The position numbers were made by a program, and so were the translations under genes. Shown here piece after piece: positions 1 through 9,260 of a stretch of 64,000 nucleotides of DNA. Below the pieces are notes generated by a model that saw nothing but the letters and a program-made list of their open reading frames with translations, did not search any database and had not been told where the DNA came from. Within the stretch, counting starts at the first letter, position 1. Each line of letters begins with the position of its first letter. This DNA is from Ignavibacteriota bacterium (lineage in GTDB: Bacteria > Bacteroidota > Ignavibacteria > Palsa-1295), in NCBI GenBank assembly GCA_963787835.1, contig CAWBEI010000002.1, positions 32,001 to 96,000 of the forward strand, written 5' to 3'.

Positions 1-38
1 CAAGAAGCTCATGGCCATTCCAGCGGGAGCTTGAGAGC

Positions 39-335
39 ATGACCGATTTCGATTATCAGCAGCTTGATGAGCTGATTCATTCCCGCATTCGGCTTGCGAT
101 CATGGCCGTGCTCGTTTCCGTGGATGAGGCGGAGTTTACTTTCCTCCGCGAGAAAGTAGGTGCAACCGACGGAAACCTTAGCATCCATCTGAAAAAACTG
201 GAAGAGGCCGGATATATCTCTGTCACGAAGCAATTCGTGGAAAAAAAACCTGTATCGCGCTACAAACTTAGCAAGAAAGGCAGAAAAGCCTTCGAAACCT
301 ATATTGACAAGCTCGAAGCGATGGTTCAGCGCTGA
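39..335 (+). CDS. Winged-helix transcriptional regulator (ArsR/MarR-like, HTH_34 type)
   Basis: 98 aa; IHSRIRLAIM...FTFLREKVGATDGNLSIHLKKLEEAGYI pattern typical of this family. Confidence 0.85.
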   Translation: MTDFDYQQLDELIHSRIRLAIMAVLVSVDEAEFTFLREKVGATDGNLSIHLKKLEEAGYISVTKQFVEKKPVSRYKLSKKGRKAFETYIDKLEAMVQR

Positions 336-370
336 TCTATTTTACTTTCTAAATATACATCCTAAACATT

Positions 371-1054
371 ATGGATATTGCACATCAAATTTTTCGGGCC
401 ATTCACATCGGCGCCGGGATTACTGGATTTTTTGTCGCGCCCATCGCAATGTTCACCCAAAAAGGCGGGAAGCAGCATCGCCGCTGGGGAAAAATATACT
501 ATTGGGCCATGATCGTCACCACAGTTCTCTCGATCTTCCTTGCAGCCGCAAATAGCAACGCATTCCTCTTCGGTATCGGCGTATTCAGCTTTCAGATGAC
601 ATTCCAGGGAAGACGCGTGCTGCTTCGAAAACGTCCTGACCGAGGACAGCTCCCAACGCCGATCGATTGGATCATTTCTGTGCTTTCGTTTCTGGCTGGG
701 GTATCACTCATCGTCAATGGTGTGTGGAATCAGCATCTCCTTGCGGTCATTTTCGGAGCGATATTTACAGTGGTGATGGCTGCAGACCTACGAAAGCTTT
801 TTCGCCCACCGTTGGAAAAGGCCGCCTGGTTCTTTGGTCATATCAGAGGAATGACAGTTAGTTATATCACCGCGCTCACGGCGTTTAGCGTCTCCAACCT
901 AAATTTTCTTCCATTGCTGGTACGGTGGCTTTGGCCTACGATCATCATCGTTCCGATCCTTTCCATCGTGATCGCTAAATACAAACGCAAGTTCGCACGC
1001 GGAGCTGAACCAAAGGATGTCGCCCAGATCGAGCTTGCGATAGTAGCTGATTAA
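371..1054 (+). CDS. DUF2306-like integral membrane protein
   Basis: HIGAG...KGGKQHRRWGKIY motif, multiple hydrophobic helices, HIRGM..SYI..LTAF. Confidence 0.7.
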   Translation: MDIAHQIFRAIHIGAGITGFFVAPIAMFTQKGGKQHRRWGKIYYWAMIVTTVLSIFLAAANSNAFLFGIGVFSFQMTFQGRRVLLRKRPDRGQLPTPIDWIISVLSFLAGVSLIVNGVWNQHLLAVIFGAIFTVVMAADLRKLFRPPLEKAAWFFGHIRGMTVSYITALTAFSVSNLNFLPLLVRWLWPTIIIVPILSIVIAKYKRKFARGAEPKDVAQIELAIVAD

Positions 1055-1184
1055 ATTAGCACAAAACTTCGCTCCTCCGGCAACGTGGGATCGGCACGAT
1101 GGATCGGCAAAAACGAGAATTGAAAAATGTTGCAATAATTCTTAAAAAATTGGGTTTAATACGGTGTGCAAACTCTTTTAGCTT

Positions 1185-3203
1185 ATGGTTCATCAATTCA
1201 AACTCTCGTCAGGGATCATTGCTGCGTTCCTATTTAGTATTTTCTCGGTTGTAGCAGTTAGTAGCACGCAGGCACAGATCTCGAAGCCAGTCATTGAATA
1301 TAATTTCCCAATGGATGGCTCGAAGTATGTTCCAGGCAATACTCCGATCATTTTCCGGCCCTCCGTTCCTGTAAGTATTCTTGGTGCCGCAAAAAATCTT
1401 GTGGTGACCGGTACCCTGACAGGCCGGCACCAAGGATGTATGGTCCTTTCTGATGATAATAGAACCATCATCTTTACACCCACCGATCCATTTGAAAGCG
1501 GGGATCATGTGACTGTAACATTGGGAACGGGAATCCAGACGACCATTGGATCGGAGCTTAGTCCAATATCTTTTTCATTTGATGTTCAGGATAACGAACC
1601 AGTCGAGCAAAGTCCTTTTTTGAGTGATCCTTTACCTCCAGCCAAACCACAACATGCTTTCCAAACGGACTCGACATTGCCCGCCGATTTCCCTGTTCTG
1701 CCGGATAGCATTAATAACAATCCTTCACCGGGCTATCTATTCCTTTCAACGTTCAAATATATTGCACTCTCGCAGGATACAGGGACTTCCGGAGCTTATC
1801 GGATGGTACTGGATAAGAATGGCAGCCCCGTCTATTATCAACATGCGGCTGACTCGATCGATTTTGATTTTCAGCCGCAGCCAAACGGCCTTATGACCTA
1901 TTTCGAGCTGCCAAGAAATAAATGGTTTGCGATGGATTCTACTTACAAGATCGTGGATAGTTTCTGGACCCAACCGCCTTATACCACCGACCTTCACGAC
2001 CTGGAATTGCTAACGCATGGCCATGCACTGATGCTCTCTTACTATCCGATCAAGCCATACAACCTGGCGCCTTATGGCGGGAGCGACACAGCAACCTTTA
2101 TTGGCTGCGTTATCGAGGAAACCGACTCCCTAAAACAGCCGGTCTGGATCTGGCGCTCCTGGGATCCCGGCCATTTCCTCGACACCGACGCCACCGAGGA
2201 TCCTATCACGGAGAAGCCCTACAATGGTGTTCAAGCCAATTCCATCCAGGTCGATACAGATGGAAATATCCTGCTTTCCTCGCGTGAACTGGATGAAGCA
2301 ACAAAGATCAGCCGTAAGGATGGACATCTTATCTGGCGTCTGGGTGGGAAGCATAACCAGTTTACATTCATTAATGACACTATTCGCTTCTCACACCAAA
2401 ATGCTGTGCGCCGGATTGCGAATGGGCATATCACGCTCTTCGACAACGGGAATTTTAACCATATCGCCATATCCTACGACACCATATCATTCCCGGCCGA
2501 TACCCAGATCATCGTAAGCCCTCCGGACACGATCATTACCCCGGCTTATACCCAAATAGATACAAATATCAACCCGGCCTTCGCGCGCGCCTGCGAATAC
2601 AATGTCGATACGGCTACAATGACAGCAACGCTCGTATGGCATTACGATCATGATTCAACGATCGCAAGCCAGGCAATGGGGTATGTGCAGCGGCTTCCGG
2701 ATGGGAACACCCTCATTAGCTGGGGAATGTATAATGGAGCCGGGGGCGCTTTCGCTCATCCCGCCGTCACGGAGGTAACCCCTGACAAAAAGAAGACTTT
2801 CGAAATGTACGTCATCGACCCCACGGCGATCTATCGCGCATTTAAATTCCCTTCGCCGAATTACGACACAGGTTTTGTGGCTGGGGCTTCACCATATATA
2901 CTGTTGAACGATGGAGTTGTTGCGGAAAACTCGATATCGAACGCGCCATTCCTCGGCTCACCCTATCCCAATCCATCCAATGGAAGCTCGATGGTTGGCA
3001 TCAGCGCAACCCTTTCGGATCGGCTGGAACTCAGCCTGTACGATCCGTTGGGCCGCTTGGTACGTAACTATTTTTCCGGCTTTGTTACTTCTCCTTCGTT
3101 CTCGCTTGAATTACTTACCAACGATCTCCCCAATGGCGCCTACGACCTTGTGCTTCGTGGCGATGGCGGCACTGTAAACCGCCAGCTCGTCATTTTGCGA
3201 TAA
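1185..3203 (+). CDS. Arylsulfotransferase (ASST)-family protein with N-terminal Ig-like domain and T9SS C-terminal domain; catalytic His residues substituted
   Basis: Signal peptide; DLHD, SSR, IWRLGG, LFDNG motifs; PYPNP...YDPLGR CTD; HxN reads QAN and QH reads QN. Confidence 0.8.
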   Translation: MVHQFKLSSGIIAAFLFSIFSVVAVSSTQAQISKPVIEYNFPMDGSKYVPGNTPIIFRPSVPVSILGAAKNLVVTGTLTGRHQGCMVLSDDNRTIIFTPTDPFESGDHVTVTLGTGIQTTIGSELSPISFSFDVQDNEPVEQSPFLSDPLPPAKPQHAFQTDSTLPADFPVLPDSINNNPSPGYLFLSTFKYIALSQDTGTSGAYRMVLDKNGSPVYYQHAADSIDFDFQPQPNGLMTYFELPRNKWFAMDSTYKIVDSFWTQPPYTTDLHDLELLTHGHALMLSYYPIKPYNLAPYGGSDTATFIGCVIEETDSLKQPVWIWRSWDPGHFLDTDATEDPITEKPYNGVQANSIQVDTDGNILLSSRELDEATKISRKDGHLIWRLGGKHNQFTFINDTIRFSHQNAVRRIANGHITLFDNGNFNHIAISYDTISFPADTQIIVSPPDTIITPAYTQIDTNINPAFARACEYNVDTATMTATLVWHYDHDSTIASQAMGYVQRLPDGNTLISWGMYNGAGGAFAHPAVTEVTPDKKKTFEMYVIDPTAIYRAFKFPSPNYDTGFVAGASPYILLNDGVVAENSISNAPFLGSPYPNPSNGSSMVGISATLSDRLELSLYDPLGRLVRNYFSGFVTSPSFSLELLTNDLPNGAYDLVLRGDGGTVNRQLVILR

Positions 3204-3249
3204 TTCGTAGCCACCACTCTTGAACGGTTATATCATTGATTCATTGCTT

Positions 3250-5211
3250 ATGCTTCCTTTTTACAAATCTTATCGATTGCTGGTTTTCTTCCTTTTGATC
3301 CTGACTTCACCGATCTATACCAATGGCTCATTCGCACAATCTCGTGTATCTATTGAGTACCATTTCCCGATGGATGGGTCTAAGTATGTGCCGCCTGACT
3401 CCAAGATCATCATTCGGCCATCCGGAACCGTTGATGCTGGAAGCGCGACAGCCTCATCGATCATCGTTACAGGTTCGAGCTCCGGTGTGCATCCTGTCAC
3501 GGCGTTGGTATCCGATGACCATCGCACCATTATCTTTAGCCCGAGTTCTCCATTCGACTTAGGCGAAATGGTGAATGTTCAGTTGCAGAACAGCCTGAGA
3601 TTGACGGACGGGTCTTCCCTACCTCCAATCTCATTTTCGTTTGAAGTCTCTCCTACGGAGCCAGACTCGACCGATGAAGAAATTCCGTTCAATGCTCATC
3701 CGGGAAATTTAAGCCTTGATGCGCCTCTTTCCCTTCCCGCCGATTTCCCCAAAATAGAAGTGGTCGCAAAGAACGATCCAGCTCCGGGTGATATTTTTCT
3801 TACGACCTATAATTTCTTTAGCGGCGGAAGTTTGGGGGCCTATCGAATGATCCTTGATTCACTGGCAAATCCGGTCTATTATGCCAAACCGTCTCGTTTT
3901 CTTGACTGGGACTTTAAACTTCTGCCCAATAAACAATTCGCGTTCTGTCAAGGAGGCTACAGTTCCAATTACCTGATGGCTACCGGTTCCAAATACTACA
4001 TCATGGATTCCAATTATGTCGTTCGCGACAGTTTTGACTCCTACACTGCAAATACACCCTACACAACAGATTTTCACGACCTCGAACTGCTCCCGAACGG
4101 TCACGCGTTGATGCTCGGGCTTGCTCCTTTACCCGGTATCAATATGAGTAAATATGTGAAAAATGGAAAAACAAACGCAACTGTTATGGGAGCGGTCATT
4201 GAAGAGCTCGACTTAACAAAAACTCCCATCTGGATCTGGAGAACATGGGATCCCGGACATTTCCTCGACACCGACGCGACGAACGATAACTTTTTAGAAG
4301 ATACTGTGGATGCCGTTCATGCCAACGCCATCCAGGTCGATACCGATGGCAACGTCCTTCTTTCCTCTCGAAGTATGGACGAGATCACCAAGATCAATCG
4401 ATTCGACACTGGGTCGATCATCTGGAGATTTGGCGGCAAACACAATCAATTCACCTTCATCAATGACTCGATGCACTTCTCGCATCAACATGCTATTCGG
4501 CGCATCGCCAATGGGCATCTGACGCTTTACGATAATGGGAACTATGGACATATCGTAACACGGAACGACACCACGATCGACAGCTCGGTCTCACCACCGG
4601 ACACGAGCATTTCCCCTTTCCAGACGCCATTTGCCCGCGCGTGCGAATATGACCTAAATGTTGAGAATGAGACCGCTACGCTGGTCTGGCATTATGACCA
4701 CGATTCGGGCGTTGCGAGTCAGGCGATGGGATATGTTCAACGATTGGATAATGGGAACACGTTAATTAACTGGGGCTTGAATTTCAATGGCTCTGCCCTT
4801 GTCGATCAGCCAGCCGTGACCGAGGTTCGCCCCAACGGAACTATTGTCTATGAACTGCACGTCGACATTCCGTATCTTGTCTATCGGGCGGAAAAATTCG
4901 TTCTGCCTGCCTCCTCGAGCGCTGTGAATTCGACGACTCTGACTAATACCAGCCTCGTGCTCGGCGAGCCATTTCCGAACCCGGCCAATGGCAGTTCTCG
5001 CGTTGTGGTGAGCGCACCGGCTTCCGAGCAAGTTGCGCTTGAACTCTATGATCCCATTGGCCGCAAGGTCCGCGAATATTTTGCGGGACCGCTCGGAATG
5101 CCTATCAGCGCCCTCGAACTCGAAACTGGAGATCTGCCGAATGGCGCATACACGCTCGTTCTCCGTGGCGAGGACGCAACTGTTAGCCGGCAATTGGTCA
5201 TCCTGCGATAG
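3250..5211 (+). CDS. Arylsulfotransferase (ASST)-family protein with Ig-like and T9SS C-terminal domains
   Basis: Paralogue of the previous gene; intact DFHD, HANAI, SSR, HQH, YDNG motifs; PFPNP CTD; ATG at 3250 preferred over TTG at 3220. Confidence 0.82.
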   Translation: MLPFYKSYRLLVFFLLILTSPIYTNGSFAQSRVSIEYHFPMDGSKYVPPDSKIIIRPSGTVDAGSATASSIIVTGSSSGVHPVTALVSDDHRTIIFSPSSPFDLGEMVNVQLQNSLRLTDGSSLPPISFSFEVSPTEPDSTDEEIPFNAHPGNLSLDAPLSLPADFPKIEVVAKNDPAPGDIFLTTYNFFSGGSLGAYRMILDSLANPVYYAKPSRFLDWDFKLLPNKQFAFCQGGYSSNYLMATGSKYYIMDSNYVVRDSFDSYTANTPYTTDFHDLELLPNGHALMLGLAPLPGINMSKYVKNGKTNATVMGAVIEELDLTKTPIWIWRTWDPGHFLDTDATNDNFLEDTVDAVHANAIQVDTDGNVLLSSRSMDEITKINRFDTGSIIWRFGGKHNQFTFINDSMHFSHQHAIRRIANGHLTLYDNGNYGHIVTRNDTTIDSSVSPPDTSISPFQTPFARACEYDLNVENETATLVWHYDHDSGVASQAMGYVQRLDNGNTLINWGLNFNGSALVDQPAVTEVRPNGTIVYELHVDIPYLVYRAEKFVLPASSSAVNSTTLTNTSLVLGEPFPNPANGSSRVVVSAPASEQVALELYDPIGRKVREYFAGPLGMPISALELETGDLPNGAYTLVLRGEDATVSRQLVILR

Positions 5212-5239
5212 GTTTAAACCTACTTTTCCAGATTTGCAT

Positions 5240-5264
5240 AATGGGGAGTTCAGAACTCCCCATT
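5240..5264. terminator. Short hairpin AATGGGGAGTTC-A-GAACTCCCCATT, possible terminator
   Basis: Perfect inverted repeat just after the ASST2 stop; no long U tract. Confidence 0.4.
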
Positions 5265-5282
5265 TGCGTTTAGTCCGTGGAC

Positions 5283-5309
5283 GGTCGCAAACTAAAGTTT
5301 GCGCTACAT
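5283..5309. repeat. GTAG-type REP unit, identical to 50398-50424
   Basis: GGTCGCAAACTAAAGTTTGCGCTACAT occurs at both sites. Confidence 0.8.
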
Positions 5310-5336
5310 ATCATTATTCATATTTTCCCCCACTCC

Positions 5337-7775
5337 GTGGATCTATTTCAAAAATGTTACGACTTCACCCGCGCCGATGAAGTAAAAGAAGCTGGATATT
5401 ATCCCTATTTCAGAGCCATTGAAGAGAACGAAGGCCCGGTCGTCCAGATCGAAGGCCGCAAGGTCATTATGGCCGGCTCCAATAATTATCTCGGGCTGAC
5501 GGCCGATCCGCGCGTCAAGGAAGCGGCCATCAAAGCCATCGAGCGCTATGGGACGGGTTGCTCTGGTTCGCGTTACCTCACTGGGACGGTCCGTTTGCAC
5601 GAAGAACTCGAGCATGAGATGGCTGATTATTTCCAAAAAGAGGCATGCCTGCTATTCTCGACCGGATACCAGACTGCCCAAGGGGTTATCCCGACGCTCT
5701 GCCAGCGAGGCGAGTATGTTATCAGCGATAAAGACAACCATGCGTGCATCGTTGCTGGAAACCTGATGGCGAGAGGCATGTATGGCGAAGTGGTTCGGTA
5801 CAATCACAATGATATGGGTGATCTTGAACGCCGCATTTCCAAGCTCCCGGTCGATGCACCGAAGCTCATCGTAAGCGATGGCGTTTTTTCGACCTCCGGT
5901 GAAATTGTTGACTTGCCACGCATGGTCGAGCTTGCAAAAATGTACAATGCCCGGATCATGGTTGATGACGCACATGCGGTCGGCGTCATCGGTGAAGGCG
6001 GACGCGGCACGGCAAGCTATTTCAATCTCGTCAAAGAGACGGACATGACGATGGGAACATTTTCTAAGACGTTCGCAAGTCTTGGCGGTTTCGTCGTTGG
6101 CGAGGAGCGCGTCATCAACTACATCAAGCACCAGGCTTCCGCACTGATCTTTTCCGCCAGTCCGACACCAGCCTCCGTTGCTGCGGCGCTGATGTCACTC
6201 AAAATTCTTCGCGAAGAACCGGAGCGCATCCAGCATTTGATCGACAATGCCGATTACATGCGCCGCGAGTTCAAGGCGATGGGGTTCAAGGTTATCGAGT
6301 CAAAAACAGGGATCGTTCCTGTTATTGTTGGCGATGACATCAAGACGCTCGTCTTCTGGCGAAAGCTCTTCGATGCCGGTGTGTTCGTGAATGCGTTCGT
6401 TGTGCCGGGCGTGATGCAGGGTATGCAGATGATGCGTACCAGCTTCATGGCAACCCATGAAAAGCATCATCTGGACAGGATCTTAGAACTTTTTAAAGAA
6501 ATTGGAGAAGAATTGGGCGTTTTAGACGAGGACGAGGCACCGGAGTCTAAAATCTCCACTACGTCCAAACCGTCAGCTCCGTCCACAACGACAGTTCACA
6601 TTCGCAAAGTGGAGAACCGCAAGGACAAACTCCGTTTCGTCCGGCTTCCATGGAATCTTTATGAAAATGAAAAGAATTGGGTTCCACCACTCGAAATGGA
6701 TCGCATGCGGCTTATCGACGAAGTCAAAAATCCATTTTACAAGCATGCGACCCATCAACTGTTTCTGGCTGAAGATAATAGCGGCAAGGTCATCGGTCGA
6801 ATAGCGGCTATTATCAATCACCGGCATAACGAACTCTATGCCGCAGAGCAAGGCATGACGGGCTTTGTGGGATTTTTCGATTGTATTGACGATCAATCGG
6901 TAGCCAATGCCCTCTTTTTAGCGGCTGAGGATTTCCTCCGGTCGCACGGGATGAAGCATGTACGCGGGCCGGTCAGTCCATCCATTAATGATGAGGTTGG
7001 TTTGCTTGTGGAAGGATTCCAATACCCTCCTGCCGTGATGATGCCGTATCATCCTGCCTATTACAAAAAGCTTTGGGAAAATGCGGGGTATGGAAAAGTG
7101 CAAGATCTCCTTGCATGGCGTATCACAGAGACGAAATCGCTCTCGCCGAAGATCGAGCGCGTGACGAATATCTTGCGCGAGCGATCGAAGGTAAAGATCC
7201 GCTCGCTCGATATGAAAAAATACGATGCGGAGGTGAATCTGATTCGTGACCTCTATTCACGCGGATGGGAAGAGAATTGGGGAGCCGTTCCGCTGGACAA
7301 CGGAGAGATCACGATGCTGGCCGATGAACTGCGGCAGATCATCGATCCTGATTTTGTCCTGTTCGCGGAAGCCCCCGATGCAAATGGCAAAATGCAGACC
7401 ATCGGATTTTCGCTGTGCATTCCGGACATCAATCAGGCATTCCTTGCCGGAAAGCCGATCCCGAAGGGTGCGATGAATCTGCCTACGGCCATCTCAAATC
7501 TCATGACAAAAAAGAAAGCGATCGATAATCTCCGAATTGTATTGCTTGGCGTGATGCCCGAATATCGCGGGCGTGCTGTCGATGCGTTGCTCTATCGCGA
7601 GATCATGGAACGGGCCAAGAAAAAGGGAATCAAATTTGGCGAAGCATCGTGGGTTCTGGAAGATAACATGATGATGTCCCGCGCGGCCGAAGTGATGAAC
7701 GGCGAGCCCTACAAACGGTATCGCGTGTTCGAGAAACCGCTCTATCAGGGCGATGAGCGGGTCGGGCCAGTGTAA
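5337..7775 (+). CDS. Fusion: serine palmitoyltransferase-like alpha-oxoamine synthase plus bCerS-like GNAT N-acyltransferase
   Basis: N-half: [33 protein letters not shown] (PLP Lys). After an S/T/P-rich linker: [54 protein letters not shown] at 5337 is the likely start because the 5277 extension runs through a REP. Confidence 0.8.
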   Translation: MDLFQKCYDFTRADEVKEAGYYPYFRAIEENEGPVVQIEGRKVIMAGSNNYLGLTADPRVKEAAIKAIERYGTGCSGSRYLTGTVRLHEELEHEMADYFQKEACLLFSTGYQTAQGVIPTLCQRGEYVISDKDNHACIVAGNLMARGMYGEVVRYNHNDMGDLERRISKLPVDAPKLIVSDGVFSTSGEIVDLPRMVELAKMYNARIMVDDAHAVGVIGEGGRGTASYFNLVKETDMTMGTFSKTFASLGGFVVGEERVINYIKHQASALIFSASPTPASVAAALMSLKILREEPERIQHLIDNADYMRREFKAMGFKVIESKTGIVPVIVGDDIKTLVFWRKLFDAGVFVNAFVVPGVMQGMQMMRTSFMATHEKHHLDRILELFKEIGEELGVLDEDEAPESKISTTSKPSAPSTTTVHIRKVENRKDKLRFVRLPWNLYENEKNWVPPLEMDRMRLIDEVKNPFYKHATHQLFLAEDNSGKVIGRIAAIINHRHNELYAAEQGMTGFVGFFDCIDDQSVANALFLAAEDFLRSHGMKHVRGPVSPSINDEVGLLVEGFQYPPAVMMPYHPAYYKKLWENAGYGKVQDLLAWRITETKSLSPKIERVTNILRERSKVKIRSLDMKKYDAEVNLIRDLYSRGWEENWGAVPLDNGEITMLADELRQIIDPDFVLFAEAPDANGKMQTIGFSLCIPDINQAFLAGKPIPKGAMNLPTAISNLMTKKKAIDNLRIVLLGVMPEYRGRAVDALLYREIMERAKKKGIKFGEASWVLEDNMMMSRAAEVMNGEPYKRYRVFEKPLYQGDERVGPV

Positions 7776-7782
7776 GGAACGG

Positions 7783-9138
7783 TTACCGAGAGATCACAAG
7801 CTTTTGCGTGGCTGTCGTGCCATCGGCTGTGAGTCGAACGAAATACGTTCCAGGCTCGAATGCGAGAGGATCGAGCGTCAGTACATTCTCACCGGGCAGT
7901 GCCGGACCATTCTGAAAAACGCGAATGGTTCGGCCTAATTCGTCCAGTATCGACACCTGCACGGGACCAGCAGTGCTCATCGTGTAGGTGATCTTTACTA
8001 CCGAGCCAGAAGCAGGGTTCCCAATTACTGTGAGGTCAAACCCAGCATTGACGTTCGGTAGTGTAACCAATGAAGGAGCAAAATCCGAAAGCTTCCGGAC
8101 CCATACTCCATTGGCATAAGTGCCGACTACCAGATTCGGGCCTGACGTATCCATGGAAATAATGTAACCGGCATCACCGTTAGAGGGTGGAAACCCGTCA
8201 TTGTTTGGAGCCCAGTTCACGCCATTATCGGATGAAACATAGACGCTGCTATCGGCCGCAACAAATAAATTTTGACCGTTCGATACAAAGCCAAGCACGT
8301 TATTCCAATTTTGAGCTTGATCATTTGCTTTAATCCAGCTTTGTCCTTCGTTTGTCGTGTAATAAACTTCTGAATGGATCAGGTCGGTATCAGGGATAAT
8401 AGCAAAAAGAGTTGACCCCTTGATCGCAAATTTAGCAACCGTCGTTCCATCGAAATAGCTCGTTGGTAACCCACTATCGATGGGAGACCATGATCCCCCT
8501 TCATTGGTCGAACGATAGGCGCCACCATCCCTTGTTCCAGCAAAAAAATTGGAGCCGGAAACTAGAAGCGAAACTACAGATGCAGGGCTGAAATCTCCAT
8601 CCGGCACTTCGCCGATGGTATCGGGCATCCAGTCAGCTCCCGGCCCAACTTGCTGAAACACACCTGAACCCGTGGCAGCGAAGATTGTGTCGCCGATCGT
8701 CGTCAACACCCCTATACTAAAACGTGATAGAATCGGGTTGGGAAAGTCGTTAATATTCATCTCCCACGTATGCCCAGCATCCGTACTGAAGTAAGATCCT
8801 CCAGAAGAATTAGAACCGACAACTAAATCCGTTCCCGCTGCAGCCATGGATGTAATAACCAAGGGCACCGTGTCGCCAAGAACAAAACTCCAGCTCTTGC
8901 CATGGTCGGTAGAGGTGAAAATCGAATCTGGTTCTTGGGAGCCTACCCCTGCAATCATGTTGTTCCCAAAGACTGCAAGACTCCCAATGAATGAATTCCC
9001 GATCCCGCTGGCCTGCGTCCATTGTTGTGCGCCGGCTGTGGGGAGAAAGATAACCAAACAAATCGCGCATAATACGATAACAAGCGATCCGCCTTCTTTC
9101 AGAAAAAGCAATATTGAGACAATAGAATTGTGTCTCAT
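7783..9138 (-). CDS. Secreted Asp-box (BNR) beta-propeller protein with T9SS C-terminal domain
   Basis: Repeated S-x-D/N-x-G-x-S/T-W motifs; signal peptide; DELGR...PGTYFVRL CTD. Confidence 0.75.
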   Translation of the reverse strand: MRHNSIVSILLFLKEGGSLVIVLCAICLVIFLPTAGAQQWTQASGIGNSFIGSLAVFGNNMIAGVGSQEPDSIFTSTDHGKSWSFVLGDTVPLVITSMAAAGTDLVVGSNSSGGSYFSTDAGHTWEMNINDFPNPILSRFSIGVLTTIGDTIFAATGSGVFQQVGPGADWMPDTIGEVPDGDFSPASVVSLLVSGSNFFAGTRDGGAYRSTNEGGSWSPIDSGLPTSYFDGTTVAKFAIKGSTLFAIIPDTDLIHSEVYYTTNEGQSWIKANDQAQNWNNVLGFVSNGQNLFVAADSSVYVSSDNGVNWAPNNDGFPPSNGDAGYIISMDTSGPNLVVGTYANGVWVRKLSDFAPSLVTLPNVNAGFDLTVIGNPASGSVVKITYTMSTAGPVQVSILDELGRTIRVFQNGPALPGENVLTLDPLAFEPGTYFVRLTADGTTATQKLVISR

Positions 9139-9260
9139 TCCCACATTTTTAGATTAATGACATATACCCCGACCCTCGTTCTCTGACCCCACAAAGAACG
9201 AACGGTCAGCTTCTGCTTAATTGAAACGAGGAAGAACCACAATGATTCCGAATCGCGAAA

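Noticed and set aside
5337-6525. Annotation as BioF (biotin synthesis)
   Set aside because: The YPYFR N-terminus, GTFSK motif and fusion to a bCerS-like domain fit Spt better, and no bio genes are nearby; not formally excluded without a tree
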